Below the pieces are notes generated by a model. It searched no databases. It was not told the origin of the DNA and was given only the letters and a program-made list of their open reading frames with translations. A DNA stretch of 64,000 bases from an uncultured Acidobacteriota bacterium (GTDB lineage: Bacteria; Acidobacteriota; Terriglobia; Terriglobales; Acidobacteriaceae). The DNA lies in the NCBI GenBank assembly GCA_963837365.1, contig CAWIMW010000007.1:70478-134477 (forward strand). Direction: 5' to 3'. Positions 8,653 through 17,173 of this stretch are shown here, in pieces; position 1 is the first letter of the stretch; the number at the start of each line of letters is the position of its first letter. The translations under genes were made by a program, and so were the position numbers.

Positions 8653-10581
8653 ATGATCAGGTTCGCATCCGTCTTATTTGCATTGGCGTCGTTCTTCGCG
8701 TGCGGTTTTCCAGCCCAGTCTCAAACCTCTCCGCAGACTCCCGACATTTCGGGCACCTATGAGGCGCCTGCCGGCTCCTACGACTATGTGAAGCGCGTGG
8801 TCATGGTCCCCATGCGGGACGGTGTGAAGCTATATACGGTCATCGTAATTCCCAAGGGGGCCAGGAACGCTCCCATCATTCTCACCCGCACTCCTTATAA
8901 CGCGGCCAAGCGTACCGAGCGCTTTCTTTCTCCACACATGCTCGGCACTCTGCCACAGGGCGATGAAGTTTTCGTAAACGCCGGCTACATCCGCGTGTTT
9001 CAGGATGTGCGCGGCAAGTACGGCTCCGAAGGCGATTACTTCATGACCAAGCCTCTGCGCGGGCCGCTGAACTCCACCAGCACCGACCACTCGACTGACG
9101 CCTGGGACACGATTGATTGGCTGGTGAAGAACGTGCCCGAGTCGAACGGCAAGGTCGGCATGCTGGGCAGCTCCTACGAAGGATTCACCGTGGTGATGGC
9201 GCTGGTGAACCCGCATCCGGCGCTCAAAGTCGCCGCCCCGGAGAGTCCCATGGTAGATGGTTGGATGGGAGATGACTGGTTCCACTTCGGCGCCTATCGG
9301 CAGACCAACTTTGACTACATCACCGGACAAACCAGCAAAAGGGGCGAAGGCAAGTCCGTCGCTCGTGAGGGATACGACGACTACGATAACTTCCTCCGCG
9401 CCGGGTCAGCCGGCGACTACGCCAGGGCGAAAGGCCTCGACCACTTTCCCTTCTGGCGAAAAATCGAAGAACACCCCGCCTATGATTTCTTCTGGCAGGG
9501 ACAGGCGCTCGACAAAGTGATGGCGCAGCAACCGCTGAAAGTTCCCACCATGTGGCTGCAAAGCCTCTGGGACCAGGAAGACATGTGGGGCGCAATCCAC
9601 TGCTACATGGCCGTCGAACCCAAGGACACCACCAACCGCATGAACTTTCTGGTGATGGGCCCGTGGCGTCACAGCGGCGTGAACTACGACGGTACCTCGC
9701 TGGGCCCGCTGCACTGGAATGGCGACACCGCGTTGCAATTCCGCCGCGATGTGCTGCTGCCTTTCTTCAATCAATATCTGAAAGATGGCGCGCCCAAGGC
9801 CGACACTCCGCCAGTCTTCATCTACAACACCGGCGAGAACCATTGGGACCGCCTGCAATCCTGGCCGCTGGCCTGCGAAGCAGGCTGTGCCACAAAATCC
9901 AGGCCGCTCTATTTGACCGCGGGCTTCGGGCTGTCGTTTACCGCGCCGGCGTCGGATGCAAAGTCCGCCTACGACGAGTACGTCTCCGACCCTGCCAAAC
10001 CCGTGCCCTACCAGCCGCGCCCGGTGCACTTTGCCGACGGCGATGCTTGGCGGCGCTGGCTGGTAATGGACCAGCGCTTCGTGGTGGATCGCCCAGACGT
10101 GTTGTCGTACGAAACTGAACCACTGACCGAGCCTTTACGCATCAGCGGCGCACCGGCTGTAAATCTGGTTGCCTCCACCAGCGGCACCGACAGTGACTGG
10201 GTGGTGAAGTTGATTGATGTTTATCCCGACGAAGTCCCGAGCCAGTCCGAGATGGGCGGCTACGAACTCAACCTCGCCATGGATATTTTTCGCGGACGCT
10301 ACCGCGAAAGCTTTGAAACTCCGAAGGCGATCACGCCGAACTCGCCGCTGGTGTACAAATTTATCCTGCCGACGGCGAACCATGTTTTCCTGCCCGGACA
10401 CCACATCATGGTGCAGGTGCAGTCGAGTTGGTTTCCGTTGTATGACCGCAATCCGCAAACCTTCGTGCCTAATATCTTCCTGGCCAAACCGGCTGATTAC
10501 GTGAAGGCTGCACAGCGTATTTATCACGCAGCGGGACAAGCCAGCTTTATTGATCTGCCGGTGGTGCCGGTGAAGCAGTAA
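8653..10581 (+). CDS. CocE/NonD family hydrolase (S15 X-Pro dipeptidyl-peptidase-like), secreted
   Basis: ORF 8440..10581. The signal-peptide start MIRFASVLFALASFFACGFPAQS is at ATG 8653. Family-typical blocks include VMVPMRDGVKLYTVIVIPK, ILTRTPYNA and GMLGSSYEGF, plus the C-terminal beta-sandwich (SSWFPLYDRNPQTF). Confidence 0.85.
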   Translation: MIRFASVLFALASFFACGFPAQSQTSPQTPDISGTYEAPAGSYDYVKRVVMVPMRDGVKLYTVIVIPKGARNAPIILTRTPYNAAKRTERFLSPHMLGTLPQGDEVFVNAGYIRVFQDVRGKYGSEGDYFMTKPLRGPLNSTSTDHSTDAWDTIDWLVKNVPESNGKVGMLGSSYEGFTVVMALVNPHPALKVAAPESPMVDGWMGDDWFHFGAYRQTNFDYITGQTSKRGEGKSVAREGYDDYDNFLRAGSAGDYARAKGLDHFPFWRKIEEHPAYDFFWQGQALDKVMAQQPLKVPTMWLQSLWDQEDMWGAIHCYMAVEPKDTTNRMNFLVMGPWRHSGVNYDGTSLGPLHWNGDTALQFRRDVLLPFFNQYLKDGAPKADTPPVFIYNTGENHWDRLQSWPLACEAGCATKSRPLYLTAGFGLSFTAPASDAKSAYDEYVSDPAKPVPYQPRPVHFADGDAWRRWLVMDQRFVVDRPDVLSYETEPLTEPLRISGAPAVNLVASTSGTDSDWVVKLIDVYPDEVPSQSEMGGYELNLAMDIFRGRYRESFETPKAITPNSPLVYKFILPTANHVFLPGHHIMVQVQSSWFPLYDRNPQTFVPNIFLAKPADYVKAAQRIYHAAGQASFIDLPVVPVKQ

Positions 10582-10851
10582 GGAGCAGAGGAGTTAAAAT
10601 GCGTCCAAGCCGACATGTTGGAGATTTCGGCCGACTATATTGTTGGTGACCCTAATCAGGATAGAGTTGAGCGACTAAGAAACAATAGTGCCAGTATTCT
10701 AAAGCGCGGCACCGATCATTCTGTGCCTTTAACGTTCACAATTCGTTAGAGTCGAATATTAATTTTCGATTAACTCCACCCAGATACTTTTTATCCCCGC
10801 CATTAAGAAATGCAATTGGACACCCGCTCAACCACCCGTTACCGTTTAATC

Positions 10852-11565
10852 ATGGACATAATATCTTCAAATCATTCTTCAGTTGATTTTCTGCATGAGA
10901 TCGGCAGCCGCATGGCTTTGGCGGATCCCTTGCATGAGGTGTTAGACCAAGTGGTTCAGTTTGCAGCAAATCTGGTGGAGTGCGACTCCTGCTTCGTATA
11001 CGTGCTGGAAGGCGACGAGTTGGTGCTTTGTGCTTCCAAGAATCCGCATCAAGAAGTGATTGACCGGCTCAAACTGCACATTGGCGAAGGCATCACTGGC
11101 TGGGTGGCCGAACATCGCGAACCGGTGGCGATCTCCCAGGGCGCAACCCAAGATTCGCGCTTCCAGTATTTCAATGAATTGCCGGAAGATACCTTCGAAG
11201 CCTTCCTATCGGTACCGATTTTGTCGCGCGGTCGTCTGGTGGGGGTGATTAACCTGCAACACCGCCAATCGCACGTTTACAGCCAGCGGCAGATTCGATT
11301 GATTTCCACCATCGGGTTTCTGGTTGGCGCGGAGATTGAAATGGCCCGCTTGGAAGGCGAAAACTCCGATCTGGTGCAAAAGCTGGAGACGCGCAAGATC
11401 GTGGAGCGGGCCAAAGGAATTCTGCAACGCGACCTGGGCTTAAATGAAGAGCAGGCCTACCTGGCGTTGCAACGGCAGAGCCGGCAAAAACGCAGGTCCA
11501 TGAAAGATGTTGCTGAGGCCATTGTGTTGAGTGAAGAGATCAAACGCGGATCGAATACCAATTAA
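10852..11565 (+). CDS. GAF + ANTAR domain RNA-binding antitermination-type regulator
   Basis: GAF core (CDSCFVYVLEGDELVLCAS...GEGITGWVAEHREPVAI...LSVPILSRGRLVGVINL). C-terminal ANTAR (LETRKIVERAKGILQRDLGLNEEQAYLALQRQSRQKRRSMKDVAEAIV). An alternative ATG lies at 10810. Confidence 0.8.
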   Translation: MDIISSNHSSVDFLHEIGSRMALADPLHEVLDQVVQFAANLVECDSCFVYVLEGDELVLCASKNPHQEVIDRLKLHIGEGITGWVAEHREPVAISQGATQDSRFQYFNELPEDTFEAFLSVPILSRGRLVGVINLQHRQSHVYSQRQIRLISTIGFLVGAEIEMARLEGENSDLVQKLETRKIVERAKGILQRDLGLNEEQAYLALQRQSRQKRRSMKDVAEAIVLSEEIKRGSNTN

Positions 11566-11576
11566 CGATACGCCAT

Positions 11577-11610
11577 GAAAAATGGCCCGCCCCTACTGCC
11601 AGGGCGGGCC
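11577..11610 (-). terminator. GC-rich hairpin plus T-run, probably a bidirectional terminator between convergent genes
   Basis: ggcccgccc (11584-11592) pairs with gggcgggcc (11602-11610), a 9-bp stem. An A-run at 11577-11583 gives a T-run on the minus strand, just after the stop of the 11630..12070 gene. Confidence 0.65.
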
Positions 11611-11629
11611 CTCCTCGTACAAGTCAGAA

Positions 11630-12070
11630 CTACTGAATAGCCGCCGCCACAGTGGTGGTCGTCTTGGCCGCAGTTCGTGCTATTGCACCTTCCTTCATGG
11701 CGGGAACCGCGAAGTGAAGTTCCGTGTCCGCATCGGACAGGTACAAGGCGCTTACGTAGCGGTCGCTGCCTCGGGTTTCCAGTTCCAGGCTGGTGCTCTT
11801 CACCGGATACCCCTCGGTGCCGCACATAGGCAACATGATTGCCACGACTTTGCCATCGGCGCTGCGCACCATGACTCTGGAAGGGACACTCGTGGAGTCG
11901 AGTGTAAAGTCATAAGAACCGGGCGCCAGCACAGCCGTACCCCAGTGGGTTGTTGACGTCAGGGTGAACTTACCTTTGACTCCTTCCGCGTGGGCCATCA
12001 CTGGCAACGCAAAAGCCAAAGCCAAAACAAGAACTTTCGTACGCGCAAAACTGCTCACTAGATTTTTCAT
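11630..12070 (-). CDS. Secreted hypothetical protein
   Basis: ATG 12070 with a GGAG-type SD. Signal peptide MKNLVSSFARTKVLVLALAFALPVMAHA. I recognise no family. Confidence 0.55.
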   Translation of the reverse strand: MKNLVSSFARTKVLVLALAFALPVMAHAEGVKGKFTLTSTTHWGTAVLAPGSYDFTLDSTSVPSRVMVRSADGKVVAIMLPMCGTEGYPVKSTSLELETRGSDRYVSALYLSDADTELHFAVPAMKEGAIARTAAKTTTTVAAAIQ

Positions 12071-12597
12071 TACCTCATCTCCTTTTGAAATGTTGGGAGA
12101 GACACCACCGGCCTGAAGCCGGTAGAGCCGCTCGGTGATTTGTTGGGACGACGAGGTCAGGAATGAACTAAAACAACCGGGTGGAACATCGAACTACGCA
12201 GTTCGCGTCACTTTACCGCATACAGCAAGCAGTGACATGTTCACTGTGCCAGAGATCACTCTTCACGTCCAATTGAAAATTGTTATGGCGGGAATTGATG
12301 GGAAGTGAAAGCGTGACTTCGGTAACATCATTGATAAATTGTTGCGGTTTCGTGACCTGCCAATAAATACTGGAATTGATCGCCACCTGCACCGCACGAA
12401 TTCACATCGTTACAAAAACCCCAATTTTGCCTCAGCCCCTCGGTCAAGACCAAACTGCTGCACTTGTGCTAATCCGCGGCGGCAGGGTGAGTGGCCCCTG
12501 GAATCGGAGTCAACAAGGGGCATAAAATCGCCGCAGAATCCACAGCCAACTAAGTTATACTGCGCTGAAGTCGAGAAGTTCCAGTGAGGACGCAATC

Positions 12598-12894
12598 ATG
12601 TCGGTGACGATGATGGAAGAGGTATCAGGGCAGGTTCCTGGCGACGATTTCCAGGCGCTGGAAGAGAAAGTTTATCGCACTATTGAGCTATATAAGTCGG
12701 CCCGCGAAGCCAAAGCGACGGCGGAACGCGATGCCAAACGGCTCCGCGAGCAGTTGGAAGAACGCGAAGAGGAAATCGAGAGTATGCGCCGCGAGATGGT
12801 TCGTCTGCGCAAGGAGCGCGAAGAAATAAAATCGCGCGTGGAAAAAATGTTGCAACGCATCGATACTCTGGCTGAGGAAGCCGCGGCAAGCTAG
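12598..12894 (+). CDS. zapB: ZapB-like coiled-coil cell-division protein
   Basis: A 98-aa protein that is almost entirely heptad-like charged coiled coil (REQLEEREEEIESMRREMVRLRKEREEIKSRVEKMLQRID). It lies immediately upstream of zapA. Confidence 0.6.
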   Translation: MSVTMMEEVSGQVPGDDFQALEEKVYRTIELYKSAREAKATAERDAKRLREQLEEREEEIESMRREMVRLRKEREEIKSRVEKMLQRIDTLAEEAAAS

Positions 12895-12930
12895 GCTTAA
12901 CGCCTGGAAAATTTGTGCGGAGGAGCGAGT

Positions 12931-13266
12931 ATGGCGACAGCAGTGAAACATCCGCCGGTGAAAGACGCGGCCAACCACAGCGTGCGCGTGGAAATCTTCG
13001 ATCAGGCCTACAACCTGCGCGGCTCAGACGCGGAATACATTCTCAGGCTGGCGGATTACGTAGACAGCAAAATGCGCGCCGTTGCCGAACAGACCAACAC
13101 CGTGGACACCGCGCGCCTGGCGGTATTGGCGGCGCTCAATATCGCTGATGAATATCATCTATTGAAAAAGGGCCAGGACCACGGACCGGTTGATTATCTG
13201 AAGCGGGCGAACCGCCTTTCGGATGCCTTGGATGAAGTTCTGCAAGACAAACCCAAGGCCGGATAG
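12931..13266 (+). CDS. zapA: Cell division protein ZapA
   Basis: ATG 12931 with GGAGG upstream. VRVEIFDQAYNLRGSDAEYILRLADYVDSKMRAVAEQTNTVDTARLAVLAALNIADEY is typical ZapA. Confidence 0.8.
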   Translation: MATAVKHPPVKDAANHSVRVEIFDQAYNLRGSDAEYILRLADYVDSKMRAVAEQTNTVDTARLAVLAALNIADEYHLLKKGQDHGPVDYLKRANRLSDALDEVLQDKPKAG

Positions 13267-13299
13267 TGCCAGGTTAAAGAACGTTAAATAAATAAGCGC

Positions 13300-13495
13300 T
13301 ATCGCGTTACTTTAGTTGCAAGCTGCCTGCCATCTTTTTGTACTTTAACCCTTGCCAAGCCAGCCGATCTCCCCGTAGCATCCAACCTGAAAGCCGGCCT
13401 GCCAGGTTGGTGATGGTGGGTAACCGATTTTTGAACCAATGCTGAATGAACGGGAGCTCGACTCGAACTAGGATCCGGTGTGCGACGCTCCGCCA
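13300..13495 (+). ncRNA. ssrS: Candidate 6S RNA (ssrS-like rod with central bubble)
   Basis: Non-coding stretch directly downstream of zapA, which matches the E. coli zapA-ssrS synteny. Apical hairpin: ccaacctg (13382-13389) pairs with caggttgg (13403-13410). Closing stem: tagtt/agctgcc (13313-13327) pairs with gggagct/aacta (13452-13470). A large asymmetric internal bubble lies between them. The 3' bubble strand carries UUGAACCAA, and GGUUGGUGA is present; both strings also occur in E. coli 6S. Folded by eye only. Confidence 0.4.
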
Positions 13496-13709
13496 TGCGG
13501 AGATGCCTAAAGGGTCTCGGCGGGCACCCAACGTCTACCGACGGGTTCATTCTCGGCCTCATCACACGGCACAGTGGGTCGGCTTGATTGAACTGAGAAC
13601 TGGCCACCGAGAACTGAGAACTGAAATTCCTCCGTTGCTGTCCTATCCCTGTATCATTAGCTGATAAAATGAATGTCTAAATTCCCCAATAGCAGCATCA
13701 AATAATTGA

Positions 13710-14513
13710 GTGTTCCCACAACTTTTTCATATCGGTAATTTCAGCATGCCCACCTACGGGTTGCTGGTTGCGACGGGCGTGCTGGTCGGGCTCTGGATCA
13801 GCGTGCGTAATTCTGCCAGGCAGGGAATTAATCCTGAACACGCATGGAACCTGGGGATCTACGTAGTCCTGGCCGGGATCATCGGCGCCAAAGTGCTGTA
13901 CGTCATCAACGAGTGGAGCTCCTACTCCGGTCATATCCGTGACATTTTTACTTTGAGCACCTTGCAGGCCGGCGGAGTGTTCTCTGGCGGCTTGATCGCG
14001 GGTTTGGCAATTGCGGTTTGGTACATACGAAAGCACAGTATTCCAGCACTGGCTGCCTGTGATGCATTTGCCCCGGGACTGGCGCTTGGACATGCCATTG
14101 GCCGGCTAGGATGTTTTTCCGCAGGTTGCTGCTTCGGGAAAGAGACCCACCATTTTTGGGGTGTCACCTTCACCAACCAGCTGGCGAATTCGATTTCAGG
14201 TACGCCGCTGCATGTTCCCCTGCAACCCACGCAGCTCTTCGAGGCTGCGGTCGAGCTGGCAAATTTCTTCATATTGATGTGGATGTTCAAGCGCAAGAAA
14301 TTTGACGGCCAGGTTTTCGGTGCATTTCTGATCCTTTACGGTACCGCCCGTTTCTTCCTGGAGTTCCTGCGTGACGACCCAGGGCGCGGAGAAGTTTTCG
14401 GGGGATTCATGAGCGGCACGCAGCTGATCGCCATTTTTTTAGTGCTTGGTGGCGGACTGCTGTGGTGGCTGAAGTCTTCACAGCGAGCCGTCCTGCATCC
14501 CGCTGCACGATAA
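13710..14513 (+). CDS. lgt: Prolipoprotein diacylglyceryl transferase
   Basis: GTG start at 13710. FPQLFHIGNFSMPTYGLLVATGVLVG aligns to the Lgt N-terminus. The conserved HAIGRLGCFSAGCCFGK motif is present. Confidence 0.9.
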   Translation: MFPQLFHIGNFSMPTYGLLVATGVLVGLWISVRNSARQGINPEHAWNLGIYVVLAGIIGAKVLYVINEWSSYSGHIRDIFTLSTLQAGGVFSGGLIAGLAIAVWYIRKHSIPALAACDAFAPGLALGHAIGRLGCFSAGCCFGKETHHFWGVTFTNQLANSISGTPLHVPLQPTQLFEAAVELANFFILMWMFKRKKFDGQVFGAFLILYGTARFFLEFLRDDPGRGEVFGGFMSGTQLIAIFLVLGGGLLWWLKSSQRAVLHPAAR

Positions 14514-14559
14514 TCCTCGACTCTACAGTTCTCATCCCTGTGGTGTAAGCTACCGTCCT

Positions 14560-14865
14560 ATGTTCCCTTTTTCTCCAATCGTCATGGTGTTCGGTCTCAT
14601 CATGATGCTGGTGGCCGGCTTCACCGTGGGTACCATTACGGGATTTGTGCTCACCTGGATTCGCAAGAGCAGCCGCCGCGGCCTATGGAAAGCGGGTCTG
14701 GCAGGAATGCTCGCCTACGTGACGGTTTTTGTAGGCATGGGTTACATTTCGGCAGTTACTCGCAGTCAAACTATATTTGCAAATCCAGCCCTGGCCGCAT
14801 TGTTGGCGGCGGTTGCGGCGCCTGCCTTTCGCGAATGGCTGCGTACTCCCGACAAGACGGTCTAA
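14560..14865 (+). CDS. Small membrane protein (3 predicted TM segments), hypothetical
   Basis: A 101-aa ORF with clearly hydrophobic segments (MFPFSPIVMVFGLIMMLVAGFTVGTITGFVL...). No family recognised. Confidence 0.45.
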   Translation: MFPFSPIVMVFGLIMMLVAGFTVGTITGFVLTWIRKSSRRGLWKAGLAGMLAYVTVFVGMGYISAVTRSQTIFANPALAALLAAVAAPAFREWLRTPDKTV

Positions 14866-14887
14866 TTTCGCTCGTCGATTGCTCTTC

Positions 14888-15865
14888 ATGATAGACGCTG
14901 AATATCCAAAACATTTTGTTACATGCCCTGAGGATGCAGCCACGCGTCTCGACCAGTTTCTGACTGCAAAACTACCCGGAGCCAGCCGCGCCCGCGTGCA
15001 GCAGCTTATTTCTGACGGCAAAGTGCTGGTTAACGAGGCGGTTGCAAAAGCTTCTTATCGCCTGCGCGGCGATGAACTGGTACAGGTAACAGGCCAGAAT
15101 GTCTTGCCTCCGCTGCGGGCCAAAGCCGAACCCATCGCGCTCGATATCGTCTATGAAGACGACGATCTGGCGGTCATCAACAAGCCCGCAGGAATGATGG
15201 TGCATGCGGGAGCAGGAGCAACCGACGATGCCCGCAACCGCGGCACGCTGGTCAATGCATTGCTGCACCATTTCCAGCAGCTCTCGGGCATCAGCGGGGA
15301 ATTACGGCCGGGGATCGTGCACCGGCTGGATAAAGAAACCAGTGGCCTCATCATCGTTGCCAAGAAAGATGAAATCCACCGCAAGCTGGCAACTCTTTTC
15401 GCCAAGCGACAGGTCAAGAAAACGTATATAGCTCTGGTGCACGGCACCGTCAAGCAAGACAAGGGAACGATCAGCAGCAGCATCAGCCGCGATTCCGTGC
15501 GGCGGGTCCGTATGACCACGCGGCGCTCCGGTGGGCGGGAAGCGATTTCTCATTACAAAGTGCAACGGCGGATTGATTCGAAATATGGCAAATTCACCAT
15601 GCTGGAAGTGCGCATTGATACCGGTCGCACTCATCAGATCCGCGTCCACCTTTCATCCCTGGGGCACCCTGTAGTGGGAGATGCACTCTATGGCGCGCCA
15701 CGCGAGGTACGCGGAAAAAACACAAAAACGATTTCGTTGTCCAGAAACTTTCTCCACGCAGCCGCCCTGGAGTTCCAGCATCCAGGTACAGGGGACGTGA
15801 TTCAGCTGCAACGCGACCTTCCCCCCGAGTTGTGTGCGTTCACCGCCAGCCTCGCCGGGCCCTAA
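14888..15865 (+). CDS. rluD: RluA/RluD-family 23S rRNA pseudouridine synthase
   Basis: ATG 14888 (MIDAEYPKHF). N-terminal S4 domain (RLDQFLTAKLPGASRARVQQLISDGKVLVN). Catalytic HRLDKETSGLIIVAKK and THQIRVHL motifs are present. Confidence 0.9.
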   Translation: MIDAEYPKHFVTCPEDAATRLDQFLTAKLPGASRARVQQLISDGKVLVNEAVAKASYRLRGDELVQVTGQNVLPPLRAKAEPIALDIVYEDDDLAVINKPAGMMVHAGAGATDDARNRGTLVNALLHHFQQLSGISGELRPGIVHRLDKETSGLIIVAKKDEIHRKLATLFAKRQVKKTYIALVHGTVKQDKGTISSSISRDSVRRVRMTTRRSGGREAISHYKVQRRIDSKYGKFTMLEVRIDTGRTHQIRVHLSSLGHPVVGDALYGAPREVRGKNTKTISLSRNFLHAAALEFQHPGTGDVIQLQRDLPPELCAFTASLAGP

Positions 15866-16036
15866 CTCCAATGCTGTAAGCAATAATTCCGCTGGGGACT
15901 GGTTTGCATCTAAATTTCAAATAGGCTGCACCAGGGGCGAGTCTTTTTTCTAAGTCCAGGGTTTATCGGTTTGGTAGCTTTTGTCTTTAGTGTTTGCGCC
16001 GTTCGTCATGATTTCTGCGTTTCCCAGGAGGAAGAC

Positions 16037-16387
16037 ATGTTGAGAATGCAGAGTAAAGTTCTTGCCGCGGCAGTATTGATCGCCGGAACACTGGTACTTG
16101 CGGGATGCCCGCAGCGGACCACGATTGGGAGAATTAATGGTGATCCCTACCGCTTTGCCGGAAAAGAAGTCACCATTGCCGGTCGTGTGACCAACTCATT
16201 CGGCGGACTGGGCACAGGGGTCTTCGAATTACAGGACGAAACCGGGCGCATGTGGGTTTTCAGCGAGAAATTTGGGGTTCCGGGACGCGATGCCCGGATC
16301 GCCGTGACTGGACGCATTCAGCAGGGGTTCACCTTCGGCGGAAAAAACTTTGCCGTCATTCTGCGCGAGACCAAACGCAGGCATTGA
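16037..16387 (+). CDS. Small lipoprotein (OB-fold-like), hypothetical
   Basis: ATG 16037 preceded by AGGAGG. Lipobox in MLRMQSKVLAAAVLIAGTLVLAGC. Confidence 0.6.
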   Translation: MLRMQSKVLAAAVLIAGTLVLAGCPQRTTIGRINGDPYRFAGKEVTIAGRVTNSFGGLGTGVFELQDETGRMWVFSEKFGVPGRDARIAVTGRIQQGFTFGGKNFAVILRETKRRH

Positions 16388-16407
16388 GGAGCGCCCAACC
16401 ATTCCAA

Positions 16408-17004
16408 CTATTGCTTGGTGTCCGTAGCTGAGGCGGAGCTGACGTTAAACGTCAGCTTCGATCTGGCGGGCACGATCACCTGCATACTCCTGCTGCTGGG
16501 TGATCCGGACCCCACGCTTACATCGGTGCCGGGAATCGTGGTGGCAACTCCTCCGCGGTCCATGCCGGGCAGAGTGCCAATCGTGGCCCGCGCAATATCT
16601 CCCTTGCGCGAGCTGGGGTTGGTGGGCCGTCCGGTGCGCGGATCAATCGTGCCAGGCTTCCCGTGCAGCACGATCATGTTTGTCTCCAGCAGGTAAAGTT
16701 TGCCGCGCGAGCGTATCGAAGTTAATTCGAGGTCCAGTTCTCCAGGGTAGCGGTAGTTGTAGGTAGGCTCTGCCAGTTTGACCACTCCTTCGACCATCGC
16801 TCCTTTTTCAAAAACGACTGCCTCTCCGGCAGAAACACTCTTGTTGAGTGTAGCGGTGAATCGCTGCCCGGTCGCTGAACCATCGGATGTAAGGCTTTCC
16901 TCCATCCGTACTTCCAACTTGATGTTCCTGGGCAGATCGCCAGCCGCAACCGGTAATACCGCTAACAAGGTAAAAATGAGGGCACAAGAATAGTTAGAAA
17001 TCAT
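16408..17004 (-). CDS. Secreted hypothetical protein
   Basis: ATG 17004. Hydrophobic N-terminal signal (ALIFTLLAVLPVAAG). No family recognised. Confidence 0.5.
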   Translation of the reverse strand: MISNYSCALIFTLLAVLPVAAGDLPRNIKLEVRMEESLTSDGSATGQRFTATLNKSVSAGEAVVFEKGAMVEGVVKLAEPTYNYRYPGELDLELTSIRSRGKLYLLETNMIVLHGKPGTIDPRTGRPTNPSSRKGDIARATIGTLPGMDRGGVATTIPGTDVSVGSGSPSSRSMQVIVPARSKLTFNVSSASATDTKQ

Positions 17005-17173
17005 AAACGTCCCTACGCGTCAGCCGGAGAAATTATGCTCTTATTTCTTACCCGCAGCAATGGGAATGGCCATTTGGTAGTGGGTCAGTTTGTTTTCTCC
17101 GCGACCTTTGCGGCAGTTCTCTGCGTACTTCGCGGTTAAGGTTTGGGTTTTTCTGGAGAGCTCAAAGTTGAAT

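Noticed and set aside
13299-13607. A 102-aa minus-strand ORF and a 72-aa plus-strand ORF in the zapA-lgt gap.
   Set aside because: They have no SD, odd composition and no homology that I recognise. The region is better explained as structured non-coding RNA (the 6S candidate) plus the lgt promoter region.
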